Assembly: GCA_964016885.1 (NCBI GenBank)
Contig: OZ024743.1
Coordinates: 327,608,001-327,672,000 of the forward strand
Length of the DNA: 64,000 nt
Source: Eledone cirrhosa
Taxonomy: Eukaryota
Direction of reading: 5' to 3'
Positions 25,293-38,750 of this stretch are shown here, piece after piece. Under the pieces are notes generated by a model. The model searched no databases. It worked only from the letters and a program-made list of their open reading frames with translations, and was not told the DNA's origin. Position numbers and translations under genes: made by a program. Numbering within the stretch: the first letter of the stretch is position 1; every line of letters starts with the position of its first letter.

Positions 25293-25928
25293 ATGACAAG
25301 AATTGTGCAAGGTCAGCTTTTATCACCTCATCCCAAGTCTTCCTACTCCAAAGCTTCCATCAACTTTGAGTGCTCTGCATTTTTTTATACAGCTGTTATC
25401 CTTCATATGCATCACATATCCATACCAATGCAATTCCTCTCCTGCACACTGCATCTGATCCCTCTTATGCCCAGTTTCTCTGAGTTCATTTATGCTTTGC
25501 CATCCATGTATATTACTATTACTCATCCATTGAAGCATACAAGCTTCATTTCTTTCCAATCTTCGCAGGTCCTCTGCATACAGCACCCAGGCCTCACTAC
25601 CGTGCAACATTGCTGTTCATATACATGTATCATACAATCTGCCCTTCATTTTGAGGCAAAACCGTTTGCAGCTAGCAGCGGCAGTAGCTCCCTGAACTTT
25701 TTCCATCCCGTTCTCAATCTGGTTGCTGTATTTTCAGAATACCCACCTCCACTGCTAATTTGGTCACCCAGGTAGCAGAAGCTGTCTACTGCTTCTAGAG
25801 AACCTGCCAAGAATTTGATAGGACTCGTTTCCTGTGGGTGTTTGCTGCTTACTGCTCCTGTGCAATGGCCACATGTAAAATATACATTCTTTGCTAACCT
25901 ACCCCGAAATTCCACTACATCTCTTGTA
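25293..25928 (-). mobile_element. RTE LINE fragment (thumb/C-terminal region)
   Basis: ORFs 25646-25969 and 25323-25610 contain VDSFCYLG and RRLERNE. Confidence 0.85.
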
Positions 25929-26115
25929 TTTATAATAATAACTTTGTTCATGTTTAATTCAATATCCATTTATAACAATTAAGAAAAAGAAAAATCAGAA
26001 AAAATACAATGTCCATCATCGTTAATGTTTTAATGAATATAATCTAACTTGTAAAAAAAAAAACTTGTTTTAAAAAAATTCATTTGAATTTTATATAAAC
26101 ATTTTTAACAAAGCT

Positions 26116-26241
26116 TCATCCAACCTCACCAAAGCTTTTGGTGAAGTCTTTAAACTGTTTAAGGTCATTTTCACTGACAGTTTTATTATGTATCTGCATA
26201 GAATTTAGGAAATCTTCAAGTGTAACCTGATGTGGAATAAC
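26116..26241 (-). CDS. VPS4-like AAA ATPase, last exon
   Basis: VIPHQVTLEDFLNSMQIHNKTVSENDLKQFKDFTKSFGEVG*, the Vps4_C helix. Confidence 0.9.
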   Translation of the reverse strand, partial: VIPHQVTLEDFLNSMQIHNKTVSENDLKQFKDFTKSFGEVG

Positions 26242-28647
26242 CTAAAATAGAGAAGTAAATTTATTAAATTTAATAATAATAATGGTTTCTGATTTAGGTA
26301 CATCATAAGTAATTTAGGGATGAAAAACAACATTGACCTTAGTGGGATTTGAACTCAGGACGTAAAGAGCCAGAACAATAATAATAATGAGGATTTCTTT
26401 TATTAGCCAAAAAGGTGCATTGCGTTGGAGACAATACAAGGACAAAAAATAGCACAAAGTTGAGTTAACATTGAGTAAAAGAAAGGGGAAATCAACAAAG
26501 GAACAAGAAGTAGATATAACAATAATGATAATAAATGGTATAATACAAAAGAATATAATAAAAATTAACAAGGAAAAGGTCCATGATAGGAAGGGATGAC
26601 CCTCCCTAGGGTTATTCCAGGGAAAACTTCCCACAACTACCCTGGAATACTCTGTCACATCAAAGGTATTGAAAGTGTCTTCTCTTTCTCTCTACCCTTA
26701 CCTTCCCCTTCAAGTGATACTTGGACAGGTTGATAAGGGCTTGGTCAGAGAGGAAAATTCTTGTCCTTTAATATTCAGTTTAGCTGAAACCAGAAATTAC
26801 AACAAACTATTCTAATCAATGTATTTTCTTATAATTTTAAAGATTCATATTTTAAGAAATAAATGTTTTTCTTATACAGACTTTAACTTTTAGTCCTTTT
26901 TGTTACCATATTTCTAATGAAATACACTGCATATCATTTTCAAACTATTTTTTAAATAATCAAGAATTTGTATGGATTTAGTAATATAAACTAACTTTTT
27001 CATTATTAGGCTGGTATTTAGAACATAAAATTATGATGGCTTTTTAGATAAATATTGAAACAGTTTTATATTGTAAAACCAAATCCAGTTTCAGGCAGTT
27101 TGGCTTCAAAATGGTTAAGCTAAAGTCTTAGACAGAAATTTTTGTAAAACTTATTAAATACACATCATTATCATTAGTAGGAATCAAAATATTTGTTTTA
27201 TTTCAATAAACCAATATATTTGAAATTGATCATCCTCATAGTTATTTTAACTTTTGTGTTACCATATTTCTAATGAAATATACTAGATTTCAATTATTTA
27301 ATGAAAAATTTGGAGGGATTATTTCATTAGTGAGATGATATATGTAACGTAACTTAACAAAAGGTTGTCATATAGAATTATGTTGAAAGATGGAACTCTT
27401 AAAAATGGTTGGTTTTGTTTCATAGAACCATAAACGGTTTTGATTGGGTTGATACCAAGAGTTAATGGTTATCTTCTCATCTGTCCAATTTGAGAGTGAG
27501 ATTTAGGTGTAACCCCCTTGGCCTCATATTGAACATTATGATGGAAGAAAGGAAGAGTAACAGATGTCATTTCCAGGAACAATATTTCACTTAACAGAAT
27601 ACCGAGTCATTTTTGATGTTTGTAGGGGTCATCAGCTCATCAGACAAGGTGAGATGAGGGTTACATAACCCTACACAAGGAGCTATGTCTATGTAAGGGG
27701 ACAGGCAATTTTAAAATGGTGCGAGAAGTGGCAGGGCTGACTAACCAATAGGTGGGTCACTATGTTTTCAGGTATTTAAGACCCTATTTGGTACTTCAAT
27801 CATTCATCCATCCTACAGCTGAACAAACTGACAGGCCTTGAGACTTCAGCCTAGTCAGCCTTCTGAATAATACAGCACTGAAGAGTGGTCAAGTGGACAT
27901 TTTTTACTGTAAATAGTTCATCATCATCATTTAACATGTTTTTCTCCCTGCTAGCAAGGTTGAACAAGTCACAGACTAAATCAGTACATAATCTGAACCA
28001 CTGACCTCTCAGACAGGCCTGGTGCAATATCCCAATCCCATACGTTCCTGCATTCTGCAGAATGTACTGGGTATATTTTATCATGACACAATTACTAGAA
28101 GGGTTGTCATGTTTTTAACACAATTGAAGAATCCTCTTGACTCTGTTCGGCAAGTTTTTCTATCTGTGGGTAGGTGCCCTTCTTATCACCAACCACTTTA
28201 CAAAAATTGAGTGGTTTTTTTTAGTTATATATTTTTTGTTAGCCTGTTGTTGTGTGAAGTGATTTTTAAATCAGGAGAGCATGTAATGTGATGGTTAATT
28301 ATAGCCCATATGCACTGAGTGAAGAGAAAGAAAAACAGAAATGACATTAATAGATCCACCAGGAAGCTCCGTTAGTGGTTAGGTTGTTGGACTCATGATT
28401 ATAAAGTCATAGGTTCAATTCCTGGACCAAACAGCTCATTAAGTTCTAGAGCAAGATACTTTATTTCATGTTAAGAGTGAAGCCCCTGTCATTAAAATGG
28501 CTAAAAAAAAACTTCCTATGAAATTCAACCCCATAAACTTGCAGAGATGTGACATAAAATTCATTCAAGTTAAAAACAATCATATAATTTTTTGTCAAAG
28601 GATAACACCATTATTTTCCTTGCAAAAATGAAACAAGCAAAACTTAC

Positions 28648-28724
28648 ACATGCTGCAGGTAAATCTTTAAGTTCAGTATGAATAGCTTGTGGATGACAGG
28701 GTTCACAAGGAATGTATTTTCCAT
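28648..28724 (-). CDS. VPS4-like exon (beta domain)
   Basis: DGKYIPCEPCHPQAIHTELKDLPAAC; GT-AG boundaries and phases fit. Confidence 0.85.
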
Positions 28725-29073
28725 CTACAGTAAATGAACAACATGTTTGTTTTTATGTAAACTTCAAAAACTAAAATGACTATAAAATATGAAAATAATT
28801 TAAACCAATTTTGTGGTACAGAAGCAAGAAATAAAACCAGAAATTAAATTATATCATGACTTCTGCAAGAGAAAGGTAGAAAATGTATCACAGCTAACAA
28901 TTCTTACACAAAATCACTATGTATATACATACTCAGGTGTGTGTGTGTATATATATATATATATAATCATTTTTACATCCACTTATACATGCTGGTTGGA
29001 TGGGACATTTTGAGGCATATATATATATAGAGAGAGAGATTACAGTAATCAAAGTTCAGTTTAAGTCATTTAT

Positions 29074-29122
29074 TTGCTTACAATTGTTTCCTCCAAACCG
29101 AGGTTTGGATTCTTCGGAGCAA
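29074..29122 (-). ncRNA. Minimal type-I hammerhead-like motif (Penelope pLTR type, core variant)
   Basis: Minus strand reads ttgct-CCGAAGA-a-tccaaacc/tc/ggtttgga-g-GAAA-caattg-TA-agcaa, giving stems I and II and a palindromic stem III. Confidence 0.6.
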
Positions 29123-29470
29123 CTATTTATAACATACTTGACCTCCTTTTCAACCCAAGAGACACATAAAACATATGCGCATATTGATCAACAGTGGGGT
29201 GACATTCATCAAATGATATAGCATGGCAATTTACATATAAAGGTTATAGGATAAAAATAAAATAAAAACAAGAGTGAAAATAAAGATAAACATGAAGCGT
29301 TGGCAGTCTATGAAGATAAAGCAAGAGGAAAGCTTAGAGTAGTCAGTGTATGAAACAATCTCCCGTGTAGCATGCACGCGTGTCTTATTTATACATGATT
29401 AGAGTGCGTCAGAATGATATTTGCAGGGTCAGGCAGTTGAAGCTGGCAATCGATCTTATTATGTAGGCTG

Positions 29471-29506
<36 letters not shown>

Positions 29507-29755
29507 CCTGGAGTTAGTCAAAGTTTTAGGTACTAATAGCTTCATAGGCGAATCTGTTGTTGGCGCACCACTTCTATAAATATTTAATTGTATACAAAAC
29601 TGTGTGTCTGAGGTTGGCCTACTCTTCAGCTATTGTAAATTTAACTTGAACTTTTGTAAATATCTGAAATGGCAATACCTTCCAGTAATGTTACACAAAT
29701 TTCAATAATATAGTGTGCTATTTATGTGCATAATTTATGCTGAATATTTTAATAC

Positions 29756-29946
29756 CTAAGAGTTTTTTCCAGTATTTGGCACTTTGCATCTTTCTAATAG
29801 GCTGAAAAAGAGCACCAAGGGTCAAGTTAGCAATGTCACTGCCTGAGTAGAGGTGGGTCTTTTCTGCTAAACATGCCCAATCTTCATCTGATAAATCCAA
29901 ACAGGTGTTCTTTGTATGGATTTTAAAAAGTTGTAGCCGAGCCTCT
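29756..29946 (-). CDS. VPS4-like exon (small AAA subdomain)
   Basis: EARLQLFKIH...LAEKTHLYSGSDIANLTLGALFQPIRKMQSAKYW. Confidence 0.92.
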
Positions 29947-30797
29947 CTGAAAATAACAAAATAACATGAATAGGTGTTAGTTGAATATCAATATTATTGC
30001 TATCATCATTTAACATCTGTTTTTCTTGCTAGCAAGTGTTGGATGGGTCATCACAGACCAAGTCTTAATCAGAGCTACTGAACTTTTAGACAGCCCAGGG
30101 GCCATATCTTACTTACATACATTCCCATACTCTACAGAGTATATATTTCATTGTGGCAACAGTAGTGGGGAGGTTGTCATGTTTTAGACACAACTGAGAA
30201 TCCTAACTCTTTGTTCAGCATATTTTTTACAGCTGGATGCCCTTCCTATAACTAACCACTTTGCAGAGTGTACTGAATGCATTTTATTGTGACACATCAA
30301 CAAAATTTGTATGGAGATACAGTTTTAATAATTAACGAGATAGAATTATTTTAATTAAGTACATCATCCTCATCCTTGTATTATGTCCAGTTCCCTGGAT
30401 GGCATAGGTTTGAAACTAGAAGCGTTGGAGAACCTTGTCTTGCTTTCATGTTTCATTTTTGCATAATTTATATGGCTGGATGATGCTCCTAATGCTAACT
30501 ACATTACAGAATGTATTGGGTACTTAAGTATAATATCAACTTTTACAGAAAAGAAATATTTAATGGGTTTATTTGCCTATTGCACTACTTGTACCTTTTT
30601 TTCCATCATAATGAAAAGCTAATTTGAACCTGGTAGAACCTTAACTCAGAATATAGAGGAATGAAACTCAATACAACAAGCATTTAAAACCTTTTGATAC
30701 CAAACCATCTCTGGTTCTATGATACTAATCTGTTTGCCTTAAATTATTTATATTTAACTATCCATTATAATTTATTTCATACATACTGGATACATAC

Positions 30798-31024
30798 TTA
30801 TCAGGAAGTGGAATATAAATCCGTTTCTGGAAACGTCTCAAAAATGCGACATCAAGCTCCCATGGACAGTTTGTGGCACACAGTAGAAATATATTATCTC
30901 CAGAATCAGTGTTACTAACACCTTCCATCTGTTTCAACAGTTCAGTTTTAAATCGTCTGGTATGTTCCTCTTCTTGTACATTTCTCTTTCTACACAAACT
31001 ATCAATTTCATCAATAAAAATAAC
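30798..31024 (-). CDS. VPS4-like exon (Walker B, SRH, arginine fingers)
   Basis: [11 protein letters not shown]...[13 protein letters not shown]...[26 protein letters not shown]. Confidence 0.95.
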
Positions 31025-31611
31025 CTAGAAGTAACAAAACATAAAATTGAGTGACAATTGGTAAAATTAGGTGGCAAATTAATATGGCTATGAGGTTAAG
31101 GAATTCACTTCGAGGTCACCTGGTTCTGGGTTCAGTCCAGCCATACAGCAACTTGGACAAGAGTCTTCTACTATAGCTTCAGGTTGACCAATGCCTTGTG
31201 AAAAGAATTTAGAAGATGGAAACTGCAGAAGTCTGTTGTATGTGTATGTATATATAGATATATATATTTGTGTGTATGTGCATGTTTGTGTTTGTATTTA
31301 CATTTACTGCTTGTCTTTGTCCCTTAACAAAAAGGGGGTCAATAGAATAAGTATATATGTGTGTTTGTCTCTATATATTTGTTTGTGTTTGTCTTATAAC
31401 TTAGCAGTTTGACAAAAAAGAGATTGATGAAATAACTACTAGACTTGAAAAAATTAGTACTGTCATCTATTTGATCGACTAAATCGAAACAGAACCTCAG
31501 CATGGTCGCAGACTGAAACCAGTAAATGTGTAGTTATATAATCAGATTAAATGCCTCTGAGTCCTTTTAGGGTTGATAAACAAAGGTTATGAAACATTTG
31601 ATAATACTTAC

Positions 31612-31660
31612 TGATTTTGACTTGTTTTTGCAGGCATGTAGGAATAGTTCTTTAATTGAT
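31612..31660 (-). CDS. VPS4-like exon
   Basis: SIKELFLHACKNKSKS; phases fit both neighbouring exons. Confidence 0.85.
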
Positions 31661-32233
31661 CTATGCAATAAAAAAAATAGAATACACCATTAGCTGAAAG
31701 ATAGCAGAAGAGAATAAACATAGAACCAAGAAGTGTTTTAAGGGGAATCAGAAAGGGCTAAACATCAACAACTGCTAGAGTTAATAGTCATGAAATGTCA
31801 CTTTCTAATTAATAAACAGATTATCAACAACTTTCATTGAAAACTAGTGGAGTTTTATTGAAATTACTATAAATGTTATTGAGACTGAGCTTAATGTACA
31901 TTTAAGTACTAAATTCAAAAGACTTATCTATTTAAGATCCTTATGCCACAGCAAGCATTTGAAGGTCTTTTTTGAAGCAATGATTTATAGCCAGATACCC
32001 TTCCTGTTGCCAACCCATTTAACCCCCTCTTATGATATGCTAAGATATGGCATACCTATTCTAAACCAGATACACACTGTAAGTTATGTTACAAATACAA
32101 GCTTAATAATGAAATAATTAATAATTTTAGTAAATCACTCCAAATTCTTCATTAATTAATTCATAAGAAATATTGTAACGAAAGGGTTAGTGAAAACAAA
32201 ATTTCCTTAAATAATATAAAATACGAAAATTAC

Positions 32234-32387
32234 TTTTCACTTTCACCAACCCAACTTGAAAGGAGATCAGCACTTGATATAGAATAGAAAGTAGATGTTA
32301 TTGCAGAAGAAAGGGCAAGTGCCAAACGAGATTTCCCAGTTCCTGGTGGGCCATATAATAATATTCTTTTCCATGGTCTTCTATTTC
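32234..32387 (-). CDS. VPS4-like exon (Walker A, pore loop 1)
   Basis: [22 protein letters not shown]...[15 protein letters not shown]. Confidence 0.95.
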
Positions 32388-32802
32388 CTGAAAAATAACA
32401 TATATAGTGCCATTACTTAAATTAAAAATGTAAACATACTGAAGATTAAATATATGAATAAGAAGAGAATTTTTTTTACTGTTTAAATTATGTAAATTTA
32501 ATTTTTTTATTTCAATAAATGCAATGTGCACATTAAAGATTAGGAAGAATAAAATCTTAACCCTTTTATGATCATATTCTTAATGAAATATACTCTATTT
32601 CAATTAATTAATTATGTATTTTGAGGGATTTATTGAAATTATTAGTTATTTCATTAATAACTTGGTTATAATATAAAATTAAGAACCTTTTAACATAGAA
32701 CCAGAGCTGTGTTCATATCAAAAGGATTAAGCTCAACACTGGAAATATAAAGAAGATATTTCTGTCTGATTTAATTCTTTATTCAATAATTTAGATATTT
32801 AC

Positions 32803-32955
32803 CTATAAAAAGATGTGGAAACTGCAACGGCATTATAATAGCTTCATATAATGCCTGCTTAGCATCAGATAGTCCAGCAACATCATTAAATGACAATTGA
32901 CCTTTGGTATATATGCTGTTTTCAATGGCACGTATTCGGTTCTGTTTAAATTTAC
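32803..32955 (-). CDS. VPS4-like exon
   Basis: FNDVAGLSDAKQALYEAIIMPLQFPHLFIG. Confidence 0.93.
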
Positions 32956-34237
32956 CTATTAATGAAGATAAAAACCACTATTCTTTATAATGCTAATTAA
33001 CCCTATGAAAAATATTTGTCAACTGGCTGCAGTCTAATGACTGAAACCAGTTAGTCTTCATCATCGTTTTTATGTCCGTTTATTCATGCTTGCATGGGTT
33101 GGACGGGTCCTACTCAGCACATCATCTTTCCACTCAGCACATTCCTTTGTCAGCTCCTATGTGAGTCAGTGATTTGAGGTCAGATTTCACCACCTCTGTC
33201 CAGGTCTTTCTTGGTCTGCCTCTACTGCGGCTTCCTTCCAGCTGAATTTACATTTAGTTTCACTGTGATCATCATGTCACAGTATATGCCTTTATTCTGC
33301 ATCACATTGTGTTATATATGCATAGGCTGTGAATTGGCAGAGTCATTAGGGCATTGGATAGAATGCTTTGTGGTATTCATTCTGGCTCTCTGCATTCTGA
33401 GTTCAAATCCTGCCAAAGTCAACTTTGTCAGTCATCCTTTAGGTGGTCAATAAATGAAGTAATCAAGCACTGGTGTCAATATCCCCCTCCCTCTCTGAGT
33501 CAGCTATGTGAAGGGGCCAAGAAAAGAGTGTTCACATTACAGCCCCAACAATCTTTTCACCAAGCATTTTAAGGTCATTTTCCCTGCTAAAGTAGGGATT
33601 AGACATACAGGCCCCATGATAAGTTTTTATTCTATTCCTCTCCCCCCAATCATCTGTATCTCCCATCACCAATACTCTAACTTATTTTCTCCTCCATTAT
33701 CTTTAGTCATGTCTTTCTTGGTCTCCCCATCCTCTACTTCCTTCCACATTTATTTCTGCCATTCCACTCACCCAATCAGTTTCATCTTTCCTCAATATAT
33801 CGCCCAACCATCTTATTCCATTTCTCCCGACCCAACCATTTAATTCCATTTCTCTTCTCAACATTCATCTTCTACTCTTTGAGCAATACTCCACTCATCC
33901 ACCAAACCATTTTCATTTCTGTTCTTTCCAGCCTTCTCTATGGCTCCACATTCATCACCTATATTTATCTCACTCCCATAATTCACTTCTCACACTTTCC
34001 CTTGTGTTCCTTTTAGTCTTCTTTGGTGCTCCATGTTCATCACCCATTTCTCTCTCCCATAAATCATGGCACTTCTCACACATACATATTTTTCTTTTGG
34101 TCTTTCCAGCCTTTCCTGCTGCTCTTCATTCATCACCCATGTCTTGTTGTCAAGGATATTAAAAGAAAGAATTCAATATGACAAAGTAAGGTTCATTGAG
34201 TGAGAGAATGTGTGTAGATATAAAATATAAAACAGAC

Positions 34238-34349
34238 CTTTTTCTGATGAACACACATCAGATGCAGGGTTATCAGGTGGTTTCTTTTTCCATTTAGTAA
34301 TCCTTCTATGGTGAGATTCAAGACACTTCAGAAGATGCCACAACACATT
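34238..34349 (-). CDS. VPS4-like exon (N-terminal/linker)
   Basis: ttctag|NVLWHLLKCLESHHRRITKWKKKPPDNPASDVCSSEK|gt; the phase-1 end matches the next exon. Confidence 0.65.
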
Positions 34350-34936
34350 CTAGAACAACAGAATATAGATGGATATTATCATCAATGTTTTAATTATATT
34401 TCTTGTGATAGAAAATACAAATTGGTTACCTGAGGTCGTCATCGTTAGTTGCCTCTTTCTCTCTATCTAGTTGCACAAGCCAAAAATCATACTCTCTTAA
34501 GTCTGGCCAGAAATTAGAGTTTTGCATGAGATATGTGATAAACACAAACTATTTGATTGACCGATGCTCCACCAAAGAGGTTGTCTTTATCCCTTCTACT
34601 AATGTGAAGTCATTACACTCTTTTACTTTCAGTGTGTGACACACTACCTCACATTTCTAAAGATAAATAAACCTATTATGTCAGTATATATTTACATTAA
34701 CACAACTGCATCATAGTCTTTTATTCTTTTACTTGTTTTAGTCATTAGATTGTGGCCATACTGGGGCACTGTCTTGAAGGAATTTATTCAATCATATTGG
34801 CCCCAGTGCTTATTTTTGGCCAGATCTTTAAGATATGGGGGATAGAGACACACACATACATATGCATGGAAAAATGGCCATAAAAACAATTATATACACG
34901 ATAGGCTTTCACAATTTCTATCTCCTATATATATAT

Positions 34937-35323
34937 ATCATCATCATCATCATTTTACGTCTGCTTTTCCCTGCTTGCAAGGGTGGGACGGGAACTGATT
35001 CTGGCTTGATTTCTACAGCTGGATGCCCTTCCCAACACCAACCTCATTTTCAGTGAGTGCTGGGTGCTTTTTTTCCGCGGCGCCTACACGTCCACTTTAC
35101 AGTGTGGGCTGGGTGCTTTTTTGCCGTGGCACCTCCACGACCACTTTGCAGTGGAATGATAGGGATCCCAGTCCTATCATCTTATTTCTACAGCTGAGTA
35201 AACTGGAGCAATGTGAAATAAAGTGTCTTGCTGAAGGAAACAACACGTCACCCAGTCTGAGAATTGAACTCACAACCTTTCGATTGCAAGCCCAATGCTC
35301 TAACCACTAAGCCATGTGCTTCC
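34937..35323 (-). mobile_element. Full-length SINE with RTE-derived 3' tail
   Basis: Reverse complement of the 39936-40288 family, with one extra approx. 39-bp unit. Confidence 0.88.
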
Positions 35324-35557
35324 ATATATATATAACCACCATCATCATCATTTTACATCCGCTACGAGAGAGAGAGAGAGATTTTGCCATTTCCATCTAT
35401 CAAATTCCACTAACAAGGCATTGGTCAACCCAGGGCTAAAATAGAAGACAACTTGCTCAAGGAGCTGTGCAGCAGGACTGAACCCCAAACTACATGGTTG
35501 CAAAAGCAACTTCTTTACCATACTGCCATAGATGATGTTAAAAATCAATTTATTTAC

Positions 35558-35687
35558 CACTAAAAGCTGATCATTTTCTGTGGTCATAAGTTGTTGAATT
35601 ATTCCATGGCAATGTTGAATAATACTCAATGTTGTATCTTTGTTCATATCAGGTAACATTTGAATGTTCCTGAATACATTTTCCAAA
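35558..35687 (-). CDS. VPS4-like exon (N-terminal helical region)
   Basis: ttatag|LENVFRNIQMLPDMNKDTTLSIIQHCHGIIQQLMTTENDQLLV|gtaaat; the phase-0 end is compatible with the next exon. Confidence 0.6.
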
Positions 35688-38600
35688 CTATAAGAAATTG
35701 AAAATATTTATTTATTTTTCAATTGTGTGTGTATTGGATGAAACTAGCATATATTATAACAGCAGTTTCCAACTTTTTCTCTACAAAGAAATTCATTTAT
35801 TTAACCTTTTCATTACCATATTTCAAATGACTATGATTTTCAAAATTTGAAAACAAGAATTTGCCTGGATTTTCATCCAGTTGTTTGGAATATAACTAAA
35901 CAAAGATTCTTATATAATATTATGACGTAAGGTTTTTAGATAACTATAAACAGCTTTTGTATTATAGAATCAGGGTCAATTTTAGGTGGTTTGGCCTCAA
36001 AAGTGTAAAATTAATTTCCTCTATAACAATTACTCCCTCCTAGATTTTTATATTGTGATAACAACCAGAGAAATATTTTTAGAGAAAAATGGATACCCAG
36101 TAGTGTGTGTATATTATGTTTATAACAAAGTAATTGAAATGTTACAATGAAGAAATTAATTTTTCTACAATATTGTTTTGATATACGGAAGTGGAAATAT
36201 TTATAAGAGTTATGCAGTTTTACATATTTTGGAAGTAGAAAATGTGTTGTGAATCATTACTGTAATTCATCGTTTTTTATTTATTAATTTAGAGTCCATT
36301 TAGGCTTCTGCTTATTAATACAGTATTTTGAATTGTAGTGTGAATTTCAGCTCTTCAGAAGTAGTATCCGTGTAAAAGCCGACCCCAAAAATTTAACTTA
36401 AAACATAATTTAGAAAATTCAACTTTTACATGAGTATATATGATAATGTTGTTTTCTATCAAAGATGAATTACTGGAAAAAATATTGCAGTTAAAATATT
36501 CATATATAATCTCAATGAATAGTGTAAATATAAAACAACTCTCATAAACTATAACAATTTTTTTCTATTATTTTACTGGTTTTAGACTGCAACCATACTG
36601 GGGCATTACCTCAAATGGGGCTTAGTTAATCATATCAACCCCAATACTTATTTTTTCAAGCCTGATACTTATTTTATTGATCTCTTTTTGTCAAACTTCT
36701 AGATTACATGACATAAATACAGTCACATGATAATGGGGTTCTGCAGATTCTGTCTTCCAAATTTTACTCATCTGGCATTGGTTAATCTAAGGTTATAGTA
36801 GAAGACATTTACCCAAGGTGCCATGCAGTTGTAACTAAACCTGAAACCACCTGGTTTCGAAATGAACTCATCAACCACAGCCATTCCTGCATCTATAATA
36901 ATAATTGTGAAATAAAATCAATACAAACTTACCAAGAAACAGATTCTGCAGTGGTTTTTGAAAATGTATACCATTGAAGAGTAATGCAAGGAAAAGATAT
37001 AAAAGGTTATACAATGAACATTAAAAGCAAAATAATATCTTTTAACAAATTACATAGGCCATTTATGTACAAGATGGGTCACTCCTCAATGTACTGCCAG
37101 ATATCACTCTCTTCAAGTCCATCCCCACAGCCCAATGCTTACTCTTCATCTCCTTTTGTGGGATCACTCCATGTTAGATATAAGTCTGGGCATGGTGTTT
37201 TGTGGAAGACCAGCAGTTGCCCATACATGCCAGTCTCCTCTCTCTTTGACACTAGTGTTGTCCAAGGCAAAGGCTGATATAAATTATCATACATGTTGCC
37301 ACAATTTATTTTTTCCAGCTAGGTGGAGTGGAACGTGAAATAATGTGTCATGCAATTATGAATCCAGCATCCTAACTACTAAGCCATACACCTTTATTAC
37401 TCAGGCTGGAGACCACTGTATTAGTCCACTCATCCCAGAATGGCAATATTTCATATGATAATTTTGAACTAAAATTAAGAGATAAAAAAATGGAATAGTT
37501 TTATACACAAATGCACATTTTCAGAAATTAATCCATGCCAAAGTGGAGTAATGCATGTAAAATGATGGTGATGATGATGACTCACTGGGTGCTTCTACAC
37601 AAAATGCTCAACATCTGGTTGTTTTATATATTTTGAAGTCATGAAAAACTGAATAATGTAGTGAAATATATGTGTGAGATTGAGATTTTGATGGATAACA
37701 TAGTACAAGTTTACAAAAAAATGTTCATAGATATGATTGTATTCTGGGGTCGTATGTATACAAGGATGTCATTTCTGTTTTTTTAACTTTGGAAACAAAG
37801 ATCATATTATATACAAAGAAATATTATACCAACATGTAATTTAAAAAAAAAAAAAAATGTACTTCTTTAATCATAATGATCATATAGGTAGAAGACACAC
37901 ACTCAATCACATGCCACCACAAGGGGCGCTGGTATTTCCCTCAAACATTATAATATGCTAGTTCATTTTACCAAATTAGTCAAACCATTTCTTTTGAGAT
38001 ATTTTGATCTGGATAATTATGGTAAATCATTAAATCATTTCTGGTTTTAAGATCTTTTAAAAGCAAGTTTGCCTTTCAGCATTTTGAGGTCGCTAAATAA
38101 AAAACTCAGTCTTGTACTGAGATCGATAAATAAAAAACCCAGTCTTGTACTGAGGTTGATTCTTCCTCTGTATCTCTCTGACTATTGCCGTCTCAGGAAG
38201 AGATTGGCTGCGTTCTGACCAGGAGAGTAGTTGGTCTTCGATAGGGTTCAAATGTCCGTATGTCACTATGGTGCACCTATAACTTAATCAGGAGTTATGT
38301 GTCTATACATACATTAAAACAAGAAATCTCTATTCGCAAAATTTCAATAAGAATTGTACAAATAAGAGCTTACATTATTGAAAATATTTGTAGACAGTAT
38401 GATTTAAATCTAGATTCAAATCTATGAGATAAATGTCAGAATGATTCAGTTATTAAATTTTTAATATGAATAAACATAAACTATTTTTGTCTGAGTACAA
38501 TAAATCGTTTAATTTCAACAAAAAGGGGGCATTTGAAAAAGGAAGAAAAAGAATAGCAAGCTTTCAAATCCCGCTGAAGTTAACTTTGCCTTTCATTCTT

Positions 38601-38750
38601 ACGGGGTTAATAAAATAAATTACCAGTAATGCACTAGGGTTGATTTCATCAGCTTTCCCCACTAAAAAAAATTGTTGGCTTTGTGCCTAAATCAGAACAG
38701 TAATGCACTGGGTAATTGCTGGCCTTGTGCCTAAAGTAGAAACAATTATA

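Noticed and set aside
33630-34140. Pyrimidine-rich novel repeat or ORF 33508-33843
   Set aside because: It reads as a decayed antisense RTE C-terminus plus low-complexity sequence.
34573-34656. Extra 84-nt in-frame exon of the VPS4-like gene
   Set aside because: Phase-compatible, but the donor (gtggag) is weak and no homology is recognisable; left uncalled.
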